A stretch of DNA of 63,962 nucleotides, the filler included, from Catajapyx aquilonaris (taxonomy: Eukaryota): the NCBI GenBank assembly GCA_000934665.2. It is 3 parts of 3 records of this genome, joined end to end, with 100 filler letters (N's around TTAATTAATTAA, not from the genome) between each part and the next. Parts side by side here need not be neighbours in the genome. Positions count along the whole stretch, not along the records: positions 43,106 to 63,962 come from JYFJ02006176.1; 2 more parts are not named here. The stretch is one strand, 5' to 3'. Positions within the stretch are counted from its first letter, which is position 1. The number at the start of each line of letters is the position of its first letter. The translations under genes were made by a program, and so were the position numbers. Under the pieces are notes generated by a model, which saw nothing but the letters and a program-made list of their open reading frames with translations, was not told the origin of the DNA and made no database searches. Shown here piece by piece: positions 50,601 to 63,962 of the stretch.

Positions 50601-53600
50601 CTACATTTTCCTTAGTATAAAGGGTACTCAGCGATAAAGAAGGAAACGTATGCTAACATCAATGATGAAAGAAAAGTACGCGCATTGATTGCAATAAAAC
50701 AATTAATAAAATCAAAGAATAACATAACCTATCACCAGATATGATCATGATTGTACTGTACTGTAATGGCTCACGAAGACCCACTAGGACAGCAGCACTC
50801 GACAGACATCTTGATTGTCATTTTAAAATGGACAGCTTTCTGCTAAAATTACCGGGGATCCCTCGTGAATCCAAATCTCCTAAATTAACAAAGCATCAAA
50901 CATAAATACATTATCTAACCCACTAAGGACAGTCTTCCCGCTTTGGCGACCGCTCATCCACAGGAACAACAACGACAATGAACAGACATGATGATAAAAT
51001 ATTGAAGGCAATAAGTACAGCTCGGCCTAAGATTGAAAATATGTCATCGGATACACACATACAATGCATAAATGTAACATGCATGGTCTGGCGAGGAATG
51101 GCTGGTATAGTAGTTTTACAGATACACATACGTATATTTTGCACATTGTACTGGTAAACCTATAGTGTACGCTGTGATGCGTAAGGGAGATATTTTCGTA
51201 TCCCTGCCACCCATCCATCACTCACAGAAGCGCCAACGAGATGGCACTCAGTTCGCAGAGGCTATCAGCTCCATCTCTTCGGAAGCAACCAAATACCAAC
51301 CCCTTCCCACTTCCATATATAGCCCTATTTGAAATTACGACATTCCGGGGAAAAGCTTCTAATACACCAAACAGGCTACATCAAATTAGCAGACTTTGAA
51401 GCAAAGAGGAGAGAAAAAAATTTTCGGCACATTTATGGAGATTCCTGATGAGCTCCATTGAAACGAAGCGTCGAAATGATTAGAGAGGGCCATCAGGATT
51501 CATAAATCAGGGCATTATCTCCCCTCCTCCAGCAGGCTTTTATTGGAGCTTGCCCGAACCATCAACAGCCAGCATTGGTATCTAGGGGGATGGATTTTTT
51601 TCGGGGGTGGCACACAATTTTATATGATGAGGCGGGTAAGAGGAGGCAGGTTTTAGCTCGTTTGGTGCAGATCAGGGAAAAGTTTGCACAATTCTCTATC
51701 CCCCTCTGGGTTGATTCCTATGCGGGGGGAGATTGTGAGAGGAGGTTGGGTGATATTGGCTGGTGTGGAATTTTGCCAGGGAAGGGCGCTCAGTTGGACT
51801 ATTTACACGCCTGTGGCCCACAGGATCAATGATCCTTGGTCACATCGCGATTTATTGGTCTGATTAGAAGGCGATTAGCTGCCTCGGAGCTTTTGTCTTG
51901 GCCCGCCATCAAATTTGGGGGCGTCCCTGGCTTTTCTGGGCCACTTTGTCATGGGGCAGGCGGGGGGAATAGGTCCGGGTTATTCGACGGGGAAATATTG
52001 CATTCGGTGAGATATGTGGGACAGAGTTTTGTAGTGATACGAGGTGAGCTGACAATTGTGACATGATTGACTTTGTTGACAGGATTCGTTGCCACATGTG
52101 TCAAATTTATGTGCTGATCTGGTGATTATGTTGTGGACAATTAGATGGGTGTGAAGTTATTGTAGCGTGGATGGTCCAGAATAGTTTATTGATGCAGTTA
52201 TTTACTTGTCGTTGGAAAGTATGTACACTTATGAATATTTGTACAAATTTGCGTGTTAATAATATCGAAGTTTACATGCAACAAAAATTTTGATATGAGT
52301 ACAGTACAGTGCGATAGGCGTGCATGCATGTATAGGGTTACGCCAGGTAATGTACAAATTTTTAAAATGAAATAAGAATGCCACCATTTAAAAAAAAAAT
52401 TAAATGAGACGGTGTCAATGTTCGGGGGTGGACTACCACCATAGTTCCATATTTTCTATTTTCCATTTTCTTCTAACTCCGGTGCAGGGAATGTAGGACA
52501 TTAGGTAAGGATAGGGATGAATGCCACCAATTTTAACAAATTGTGTTGTTATATTTGTACACAGAATGTAGCCTTGTGTACTTCACAATGTAAATAATAT
52601 TTTGTTGATGTTTCGTAACGGAAATCACGCCTATTAGCTACAGTATAATTTAGCTCTACGCGTATGTAGGAACTAATCTGGATTACCCCGTAATATTTTA
52701 TGGGACAGCATGATTAACTGCATATTTATTGATTGGAATCACAGGATTGCTGATACATGATAGCCCGGAGTAATGGCCTGGAATAACGGCTTTCATCCTG
52801 TGAGTTAGTCTACCATTGTTCACCTATGGACTTTCGTGAATATTTTAGACTGCTTTCATGGCTGCATACTGTACAGTACGTTATTTTGCCTCTTGTTTAA
52901 TATGGAGACAAAGCAAGCAAATGGCCCTTATTTATGCATGACCTTATTGTTCAGGGAGGTTATCATTTGTGCTGTTTTTCTTTTTTCGTGTACGCTGCAA
53001 ACGAACAATTACTTTTTGGTTGATGTGAAATGATCATACTGCTGATTATTTCACAGGGATAGGTCTTTAAGTGCTCTCTGCAGCAGGTTAAACATTAGAT
53101 GAGGCTTTAACTTAATGCAGATAAACTATTTAACTAAAATTAGTAAATTATCCAATATGTGCATTTGAGATTTGCATTTCCTACTTACATTTTACATTTT
53201 ACACAAGTTTTATGCAACTTCACACTGCACTATGTTGAATTATTAAGTTATTATACTTGTATTTTTTAAATGCATACCTGACAACAGACTGGTGTACATT
53301 ACCTGCTGCAAGCTTATACAGTGTTACTTGTATCCACATAATGATCATCTGTTTTTGTGCCTAATAGTTGTAATTTGCAGGTTCACGTTCCCTGCCACTC
53401 TGTGAGATACTTTCGCACGTTTATAATAATTGCCTGACTGTATGGTGTGCAAGTCACGTAATGGAGGTTTAATGTGCAGCCTTGTGTCTAGCAAGTGCAA
53501 AAGAATTTGCCTGCTAGAATGATACAGCACGTGAGTTCTCAGGCAAGCCAAGAGTGCCTGTAGGAACCTTGATGGAGCGTGGTGTAGGGAAAACACTTCG

Positions 53601-54516
53601 CTTTTCTTTATGTCCGACGTGCCCCCATTTATAAACCAGATCGATTCCAACAGACGGACTCAGTATAGTATACATGCTAGAATCGATTTTTTTTGGCTTC
53701 TATTAGTGTGAACCTTCCCACATAGTACAGGGAGAGTGCAACAACCCCCCCCCCCCCCCCNCCCCGAGGGTGGGCGCCAATTTGGCAATAATGTGCAAGA
53801 AGTTTGAAAGTGCAGTAGTGTCATGGTCGTCCCATTTTTTGGAGAGAAAAAAACTGCGATAACAGATCCATCGGACGGAAACCGGACACGTCTTCCAGAT
53901 CTGACTTTTTGCAACGAATGTGGACCTCTGGAGAATATATCATTCCGAGAAAGATTTTTATCTTATTTTCTTTTTTTTTCCCCGTCTCCGCCTTGGGTCC
54001 GGGTCGTCGTTTGGTCGTTCGTCAATGGTGATGATAGGTGGTGGAGGAGGGGGTACGGGGGTGGATTCGAGATGAGATCACCAAATTTCCTTGGTCGTCA
54101 ATCAAGTGACAGGAGAGGCTTTTGCTGGAAAAGAGCCAGAGGTCGGCAACACCTGCCGCTTCTTCATCATTTGGCCCGATTCGTTCCGGTCGGAAATGTG
54201 CGGACAGGATGACCTCCGGATCGCTCTTCGGACAATGTACGACACGGCGGTGATGGCCGGTTTGAGGTGGATAATAAGGCCGTTTTTGGGAGGGGAACAG
54301 GAGGCGGTTTAGCTGGACCAACACTTCAACTTGGCTGGGGATCAAGTTTGGGGACGTTCGGGGCCTAACGAAGAAAATGATGAGAACGAAGGAGATATAT
54401 TACGTCCAAACATGAGCATGCGCCTTACGGCAACTACCGTACGGTATATCAAAACGGTTGGACAATAAGCACCCTTTCATTAGGTTAAGACATTGGGATT
54501 TTCCCAGTTGGACACA

Positions 54517-54600
54517 GTGCCAGAGGTCAATGATTCAATTCGCCTCGCCCTAAGGTAACAATGTTACCTTAGGGCGAATTGAATCTTTGGACTCTGGCAC
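54517..54600. repeat. 84-nt hairpin with perfect palindromic core
   Basis: GTGCCAGAG..GATTCAATTCGCC-TCGCCCTAAGGTAACA-A-TGTTACCTTAGGGCGAATTGAATC..CTCTGGCAC. Confidence 0.85.
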
Positions 54601-57600
54601 AACAGACTAATATTTTTGATGACATGTAATTAACTGTTAGATCAGCTCCATGTAATAATATGCATCTATAGTATACCAAACAATGAATAATTCATGGGGC
54701 AATTTAGGTGGAACTTTCTTCAGTATGCTTGTATAGGTAGGCTATATAGTGTGGCTGTGTGGGTCTTTCGGCATTTTCGTTAGCTCGTTTGCTCCTGGGG
54801 GAAGGAAAGGGTATATTAATCGGTGGGCTTATAATTGGTTCCCTGAATATCTATACTGAAAACCCATGACTGGAAGGGATTTAGCGAGAGTAGAGCACGA
54901 GTGGAATTTCCCAGAAATCGACTGGAACTCGTGTCATTCTGGGCGCACAATTCTGCTGGAATCTCTGGTGCACTCGTTGCGGAGGGTAATTGCATCGTTT
55001 TCTATTGGAGTACGATTCCAGTGGATGATTTCAATCCCGATTTTTGTCTGCGTCGCCACTCTTACACTAGCATCAAAAAGGGGGAAAAAAGGGAGGGGGG
55101 GGGGTTCTATCGTGTCAACCAGAGATGGCACCGTTACACGCTCTTTGACATGATTTACATCGCATTTTGAAAGCCATCGCGACTTGTCTATCGAGTTGGG
55201 GATCTGGGCCGGGGAGGAATGGAAAAGTTTCGGGATGATGTATTGTACAGGGCGGACCGCTCATACACGACTAACACTCAAATAGCATGCTGGGGACGAA
55301 TAGAAAATTCTGTGGACTGGGGCTGAATATCACTGGATTGGCAAAAATGTTCAATGCGGATGTAAGCATTTTGTAATATTTACTTGCGTTGACACTATTT
55401 AGTTAAAATGTCTGCAGTGGGTCGGGAAATCATATACAGATGCATAGCCCATACATATCGTTGACACATGCAGGTCAGAAATTTTAAGTTCCCCTGAAAA
55501 CTGCTTTGAGGTAATCCAGCGCCAAGATTTGCAAGTATTTTTAAAATATGCAAATATAAGCAGCTCGGAAAGAACAATTTCATAACAGTTAATAATAACA
55601 TAGCCTGTCATCAAATACAATCAACGAATGTGCATTAACTACGGCTCACAGTATCCTACTGGGCCGGTGACGGACAAGACAGATATCTTGAATGTTCTTG
55701 TTTAAGAATGACCAGCCTTCTGGTAAAAGAAACCGTTCATTCCTCATCAAAATCCCCAAAATTAACGAGCCATTCAACATCATATTACCTAACCATATAG
55801 TCGCATTTGAACATCCTTCCGCTCTCGGCAACCGCTCATCCATATTTCGGAAAATCAAATTAATATTAATATTCATCATGATAACAAACAGCAGTATAGA
55901 TTATACACTGCTCGGTAACAGTACAGGCCTAATGACCATTTGGAATGTACTGCATTTATGTGAGCTAGGGATAATAATTAAGCGCCTATATGATCCGGCC
56001 AGGCATTTAACTCTCTGCTGGGTAGATGAAGCAAGTGGCACAAGTGGTGTAACTGCCCTCATCTGCTTTTTGTGGTTTAACATAAATTAACGAGGATTTC
56101 CACTCAGTCATGAAAATCTGCTGGAGAAGAGCCCTCTTGAAAAATATATCGCTTTCCAGAGCTGATTTACGCTGCCAGGGATGTGGATGAGGAAAAACTG
56201 ATCTACGCATGCAGTATAAATGTACTATATCGCTCAAAAACGTCAAGTACCTCCAGTAATGCAGGTACTGTAGGTCTTTATTTCCTATATAGAAACTGAC
56301 GTGTTTTAAAAAGTACGTCGTTGCATATGGCATAAGTTTCAAAATAATCCATTAATTTTCCGTTATCCATGAAGGGCAGGTATTCCAAAAGTAATTTCAA
56401 TCTTCCTACATGGCGTAATCCGGAATTCTCTCTGGTATTTGTTGCCGCTTCTGCACTACTCTAGTGCAGTTTTGATGGCGTGATTCGGATTTGCGGTTAG
56501 ATGGGCACATGTTAATATAGATGAGGTGGTTTTGTGAACAGGCCATTTGTAGTCCCCGTGATGTTAAATATGGCAGATTTTAAACTGTGACAAGGTCGAT
56601 AGGCTCACACTGCATGTAGTTAACCGCATTGGCTGAAAGCAGCCCTGCGGGAATAATCCTGCATCATGCAACGCAGCTTTTTAGGTATTCGTAAATAACA
56701 GGGGTAAAGGGGGGGGGGGGNGGGGGGGGGGATTCACAGATGTTTCCAGAGTTCAGGACTGTGTTTATACTATCATGACGCGCGCGTTCATGAACGCGAA
56801 ATAATCAGACTGTTTGTTGACAAATGGTTTCATTTTAAAGCTGTGCCCCAATAATCTCAGTTGTTATAAATGATGAAGTGTCGCTTTATGTAGTAAATTA
56901 TTGTTATTTGTTGATGTTTACAATGATTCATTGTAATCATTTAGATTTCATTCATTCATTTCCTCACGGCATTATATACCATGACGGCAATGACCAGGTG
57001 AACACAATACCTTGCTTTCTCATGTGAATCCTCTGGTCAGGTACAGTACACGCAGATGATATAATTATGAGTATATGATGATGAGATCGATGGCATGAAC
57101 ATAACAAACACACACTATACACACTCATACAGTGTAAATATAAATGCGTACAGTGTATAAAATGATAAGAAGATAATGTCCGCGTAAACAAGTGGTGGGC
57201 AGCAAGAATGTGACATGATTGTTCTCCCCCATTAATATCATTCAATATAAGACTATGCTTGTCCATGCTGTTCAGTGTTTCTGAATATGTCTGAGGCTCA
57301 TACTTGCGCTATATAAGTGTTTCAGTAACCTTCTGTCGTCAAAACAGCCACTCTTTATGCGAGGACTTAGAACGTGATGAAAGCCTCCCTCGCAGAGACC
57401 TCCAAGCCTGTCAAAGACTTGAGTATAATATAATAATGTTGCAACTCTCGGATTAGTACTCCAACCAGGTAGCAATACGCGTGGAACCCCCAGTCAGATG
57501 TAAATTGCCGCTACATACTATATATAGCTGAGCAGCATAGGGTGCACTCTGATGTAGTGCAATGCCTGGCTCATTGTCATGTTCCGCCTTTGCGGCACTC

Positions 57601-60600
57601 CGCGATGCGCACTCTACTGCACTTGACAGTCCTTTAGCAGAACTACTTCAAAGGGCGTTTGAGGGGGTCCATTTCTGGTTAATTTCGTTTAAGTCAGAAT
57701 CTCACATAAGCTCCCCCTTTGAGCAACTCGAGACTTAAACGTATACCCAAGGAATTATTGCAAGAATTCGTGACATGTGTAATCCTCCACGGAGACGAAA
57801 GCCCCGCGAAATCGACGCTCTGCAGGGAGACGGCCTGGACCAGCCAGGAAAGATTATCCATCACCGAGAGCCTGACACGACGAGGGAACCTCAGAAATCT
57901 CTTTTGCTTTGGTGTCGCCAAGCGCAAAAAAAAGGCGGAAGAAGAAATGGCGAATGGGGGTTGAGAGGTGGGCGGATTCGCGAAAAGCGGCTTGCGAAGA
58001 GCGCCAGATGGGATTAGCCCAACTGTCCGGACGGTGTAAGGAGAGGAGTAATGACACACCGAGATCAGCAACTGCTCCGCTCTCAGACCGACGGAGCGAG
58101 GTTATATATATTTTTTGTATGTCCTTTTGAGAGACGGTCAACGCCGCAAACTCTGTGACATCTAGTGTGTGCACCAAGTCAGGTGGCGCCCGCTCTCCAG
58201 AGGGAAGTTCCCAGGGGAACTGGGTCGCCCAAACTGGGGACTCGTTTGTCTTCGGGAGGAGTACTACCAGGGCGAATCGGTCAGGCACAGGATCACTGAC
58301 AACATGCCTAATTTGGGTATGCAACTGCGGGTATGCCCGGTTTCAAAGGGAGGAGAGGGCTTTTCGCAATCGAGTTTGTAAGGGATACACTTGATCGGTG
58401 GGGAGTGAATCGGAGTCAGGTCGTAAAGCCTTTTGGGCATTGCTGAATTTGAGAAGGATGGTGGACCGGCTGAGGCTGATGCAGTTGGCATATTGGACTG
58501 TTCTATTTTCGACCGATGTGAGTTGTCCTTTACGATTATTGCCGAATTCGAGTGGGCGACTTGCTTTGGGGATTGGAGGAAGGGGTTTGAGTGTCAGTTT
58601 CTAAGAGAGGAACTTTGCAATTTCGTTAGGTGGGACTATATGGAGGGATTCAATAAGTGCTTTAAAATGATGCGATAGCTTGTAAGCAGTTGGGACTACG
58701 GGTTAAAAGCCGAATTTAATAAGTTATGGCGATGTTTGGAGCCGGATACAGTGCATCTTAAGGCGGCATTTCTCTGAAAGTATTTTCACATATGTATCAT
58801 GACATCGCGAAACTCTTTAGTCCACATATTTTATTTAAAATCCGATAGATCCTGATGCGCAAGTGCAACATGAAAGTTCAAGTGAGGGTTTTAGAGTCGT
58901 ATCAACCTCTTTGTGTAAGCTTATGCACTGTCTCTGCTCTGCAGCTTTTGACTTTTCTTTCTGTCATGCGTCTGGTCGAAATTCCCATGTGTAAGATGAA
59001 TGTGATAGGCTACGAGCGGCTGTACAGAGCGCGAAACTGAAGTGCGCCAGTCTCGGAGAGAGACAAATTTTCATTTTGTATATAATATATGCGTGAGTGA
59101 AATGCTTGAATTTTATGAACAGTGGTGTCACTGTTGCCCACGGTAATTTAAAATGATAATAAATTATCGCTGTACAGTTGCTCATACAGTTCATTAAGAC
59201 AATGTAGAGAACTTGGCAAAAAACTTATTAAGTAATGGGCTTCATGAGACGGCCTGTAACAAAATAGCTGTAATTATGTACTTGACGCGTTCAAATCGAC
59301 TCATTTATGGTTGTCGGTTCGAACTGGGTGGAGTGCCACTCAACTTTTGCACGAAAGGGATTATTTCAGTGCGACGATATTTCAAGGGCTTTAAAAATGT
59401 TACTAGCCATGAATTCTGAAACTCGGAAAAATACTCATACAGTGTACAAGGTGTTTAATAATAACTTCGATGGTGAACTGGACGAACTTCATGTGGAGGT
59501 GGCGATTGGTACTGCATCCGCTTTACTTTTTTTTATAAGTAGATTGTACAGTACACACTCTTTGATTATTTTATGTTACATATACTTTTATCATAAGCAC
59601 ACAGGCACACCACCACTGCAAATGGAGACACTATAGGGGAGAAAGTGACCAGGAGTTTACCATAAAAGTTGTCCCATGTATTTTAAAAGACCTGCACATT
59701 TGGAGTGTGTATAAACGAGCTAAAAATGTTAAATTATCCTACATAAGATAGATTGGGATAAAATGAACATGGTAAATAATTTCGCCCAAAAGAATGACAG
59801 AAGTATGTGTCGTGGAAAATGGAACTATCTTATGCCGATGTAAACTTTCACTTGAAACAACTAAGGAATTTGGGGGAAGTGACTTGTCTTGGGATGTAAT
59901 CCATTAGTAATCAGTGGGAAAGTTACACTCTTCCCTCCTGAATCTCTCCATCTCTATATTGGCTCTCTTTGAAGGGAATGAGCTCACGTTTATCAACCGA
60001 CTGCATCCATTGTGATGCACGAGATCAATGTTCCGCCTCCTCAACCGCTCGTGCGAATTTCTTTATTGTGACATAAGTGTTCAGCTGCCATCGATCTTCT
60101 CTCGCCTTACAAACGACGCTGGAGGTTGGAGTCTGGAGCAAGGATCAGCCAGATTCCTGGAGAATCCTCATTCGCTTTGTGCATAAAGTGGTCCAAAAGG
60201 AGGGGCCTCGTAGAAGCCTTTCACTCTCCGCTCTTTTGGAGGTTGAACAGAGTTGAAAAGATGCTCTCAAAAAAAAAAAGGAAGGAGAATTTCTGTTTGC
60301 TGTGTTTCCGTGAGCCTCTTCTATCCGATTGCATTTTTCGCGGAAAATTTTCCAGGCGTTATGGAACGTAGTAACATGTAAGGACTATGGTGGGATTATT
60401 TTTATACTTGTAATGTTGCCATTCTCTACGGATGTGTTTGTGATGAAATATGTGCCACCTTTTCGGTTGTAAAATTACTGTCATAAAACATACAATCCTA
60501 TAGAGATGCACGCTTCCGTTTGTATAATGATGAAATTGTCGTGGTGTTGAGGGCACAAGAACTCGTTTAAAACCAAGGGCAAGACATGGGAACAGAACGA

Positions 60601-63600
60601 AATAACATTGTAATTTTGTGATTATAGTCAACCTTGTAAAGTTGGGCATTATTTAGTTTTGTGGTGTGCAGTACAAGAATATGTTACATTTAACAAGGGA
60701 TATGACGGAACTCCAAGGGCTCAATGTTGGGCAGTAGAAAATAAAGCGAGTAAAAAAAAAGAGAAGAAAAGCGGAATTACACCGAATTGTCATGCTGTAT
60801 CAGGGAATGCTGTGGAATGAATTTTTATTCAGCATGTGTAACCTTTAGTTTACAGTATAAGTTAAGATATTACGTTGGACGAAACTATCACACGCTGTTT
60901 TAGAAGCCTTGGTTGCGTTGACGTGTTAACTTTTGCACCTTGGAATGGTGCGGCCATGAAAGTAACACCGTTTCGGTGTTAATGCTCCATAAAGTTCGAC
61001 TATCGCAGCTCTTACCTTCAGCGCAGCTAAGGTATATGGCAAATTCTGTGTACAGCAGTACAACTTGGGTTTTACTCCCTGCTTCCGGCTCATTTAAATT
61101 ACGAAGGAACGTTGGTGTTAGTCGAGCATAACAAGCAAGTTTACAAACATGCTAAAATATAGAAAAGAATAATATGATATACTTACTGTGACAGTCCTGC
61201 GATATGTAAGGAATTTTCAAATACCAGATTTTTAATTCAATTATTGAAAACAAGAACATGTTATATGGGGATGAGGAACGGAAGAATACGATGAAACCAG
61301 ATGAAACCCACGCAAGCATCGAGAGAACCACTCATAGACAATAAGAAAATTCATTACTCGATTTAAGATATAACACAAGACGGAAAAGGTAACGCTGTAG
61401 CCTTAGCCACTTCGGGCCACCTCGAAGAGAGATCTGCTAAATACTACCTTTGTGGATATAATAGCACAGTGGCATTAATAATTTTTTCGGTCCTTGACAG
61501 AATTAATTTTATATGTACTCTGATAGGCCTCTCACTTATTAATCTGTTATACCATATATCTAACTCTAAATCCATCGGGTATTTAGACTCTTGAGAGGTT
61601 ACGAATTACCTGGCAGCACACGTGTGGCAGAAAAAAAGTAGGCTCGATAAAGAAGCCGTAGTGAAATTGTGGTTTGCTCATGCGGCTCGTCATGGGCACG
61701 AGGGGGAAAAAATGCTCAACCGGGCAGTCGGACGTTGAGGGAACATCGGAATAGCTTTACTGTGGCAAGCTCATGCATTCTCCATGACCTGTTCACCATC
61801 TCCAAACTCAGTGTTTAAATCAGTGGCCTAAATTTTCTTCTAATAAAGCGAGACCACGTCCAATGGGCACGTATTTTCCCGAAGCTGCTGGATTTCTTTT
61901 ACAGCAGATATGGCTATTATAACTTATAAGTCATCCTGCGAGAGGGACAAGCGAGGGGCTGCACACTTGAGAAACTCCGTGTACACTTCTGCAGAAACTC
62001 CGGAACTCTGTGTACACTTTTTGGGGAAGTGTGCAACCCCTCGGGGCAAGTGTTCAGCTGGGCGTTATACTGAAGTGGCCTGGTGGGAGCTCTCTTAAAT
62101 TATGGCTTTAGGGCGGCATTACAGTGACATTCACGTAATTGCATTGTGTTCTAATGAGATGCAGGACCCATACAATGAATTCAAATTGTACCGTGATTGG
62201 TGGTTATACATTAATAATGTGATATTTCCTCGGAGGATATGTCGCAAAATTAACCTATAACAAAATTCAGCATAATTACTCATCCTCTCATTAGCCATTT
62301 ACTCTAATAATGTCGCTCTGCATTCACGCAGATCCCATTCAGTTCAATTTCATTCTTTATATAACCAAGATGAATTCAGTTGAATTGACATTTGTTTCTT
62401 AAAGACTTAACATAAATTACCTCCTGTTGAAAACTTCATTATTATGCAGAAATTAATTCCTGCTGAAATCTTTATTGTGTTCCAGAAATTATGTAAGCTA
62501 GCTTTGATCAGTATACTTATGGAAATAGAGTTGCAAATAAATAATATTCCTTCCTGCACTAACCAAATGACGTACGCGAATTCAAATGTGAAGCAAAATC
62601 CTGCTGTGTATTAGCTGACAAAATTGCATTCCACTTGCATATAGGTTACGCATCAAAAACATAACGTGACAAAATTTTGGTCAGTCTCATAAATTATATC
62701 CATGAATGTACTTTTGGTCTCTGTGTAGCTGATTAACTTGATGTTGTACCAAAATGTGATATACACTTGTTTCTATTCTGAGCGGCGTGATAATTAGAGG
62801 TAATTAGGAGTATCATTCTGTTCCCAAAAGCAGCAAGGAAGGAGAGTCAATAGCTAGAATACTCGGCATGCTGCCTAAGAAAGTGTCCGTTGGCGTGGAA
62901 GGAGAGGGATAATTAGTGGGATCACTTAATGAATTAAGCTCTGTAGCAGTGCCTTTGAAGAAATCATTTTGGGTGGAACTAATGAGAGCTAGATTGACTG
63001 GCCCCAAGTTACAGTGCCGCCGCATTTATACGTGGCCCAGGAGTCGGTTTTAAACCAGCTAACCATATTTATTCAATGAAATCCTGGTGCGCCATGCTTA
63101 AGAGGATTAATGAAGTTTGCTAGAGCATATCGCAGTACAACTCGGGACATGTAAGTTATTTAAGAATTTAAAAAATTATGGAAAACTATTGTACAATATA
63201 AAGCCACGAATAAGTTTTGTACTGCTACTGCATGCTATGCAATTATTCATTAGCAGGAAAATATAATTGAGTACTAGATCTTTCTCCAAAATTGCAGCTA
63301 ATTTTCTGAAATGGAAAGGTTCCTGTAAAAAGTGTAGGCCGCATTATTTCGACAAAAAACATGGGCAAAACTCATGGATAAAATTCCGCAATAGGAATTC
63401 TCAACTTTTCCATCAAGTTTCTGAAAGCTGGCTCAGCACTGTAATTCCCGGGAATGTACATTACGTACTATAATATAGGACTACTTTACACGAGCCCTTC
63501 GATGTTCAGGACAATAAGGCTACAGTTTCTATAGCCTTTGCCATAATTATGTTAACCCTTCCCCTATTCTATTTGTGCAGTTGCGAGGTACACGGGGGAG

Positions 63601-63962
63601 AGGAGGGAGAGAGATTTTACTATTATCCCTCAATTTCAGAGTGAATTTTGAAATTGTTAGGTGGAAAATTACCTGAAATCCTTGGCTGCTGCAGTTTAAA
63701 ACTGGACCATTTTCGTTTGGGCACACGCTTTCTTTTAAAACAAAACAGGTAAAAGAGACGTCTAAATTGGGGGTCGTGGAGTGGTTCCCGCGAGGATGTG
63801 GCCGCAAACTGCGAAACTAAGTTGAACTCGGACAGGGCAGGCATTTCGTCCGGAATGATCCGGACCTGGCCAATTCTGGGATCCTCTACCGGAGCATTTC
63901 GGAGCAAGCAAAGTGACACTCGTGCTCCGGGAATGGCGGCGATAAAATGTTAAATGCCGGAC

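Noticed and set aside
48500..63962. Short ORFs and TAAT-rich blocks in the distal part of contig 3 as genes or defined enhancers
   Set aside because: No recognisable domains or consistent exon chain, and enhancer status cannot be supported without conservation or chromatin data.

Overview
Eukaryotic (animal, most likely arthropod) genomic DNA made of three probably unrelated ~21 kb contigs joined by artificial 100-bp N44-TTAATTAATTAA-N44 linkers (21427-21526, 43006-43105). Contig 1 holds a complete 10-exon SV2 gene (minus strand, ~667 aa, with a vertebrate-type luminal pentapeptide domain), an inverted pair of identical tRNA-Lys(CTT) genes in intron 2, and several SINEs and MITEs. Contig 3 holds the last exon of APRT (+), a complete 4-exon NEDD8 gene (-) with two 18-nt coding exons, MITEs and a long non-coding stretch. 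Contig 2 (21527-43005) is the standout. It has no recognisable host gene and is a dense patchwork of about 24 short, mostly terminus-less, often intron-containing fragments from many transposon superfamilies (pogo/DDE_1, YqaJ, Sola1, P, MULE/NOF, hAT, THAP, Harbinger, EnSpm, LINE, LTR) plus unknown ORF families. Every fragment I could orient is on the + strand. This fits a uni-strand piRNA-cluster-like transposon-memory locus dominated by DNA transposons, or a capture element. Family assignments come from motif recognition by eye, not database searches.
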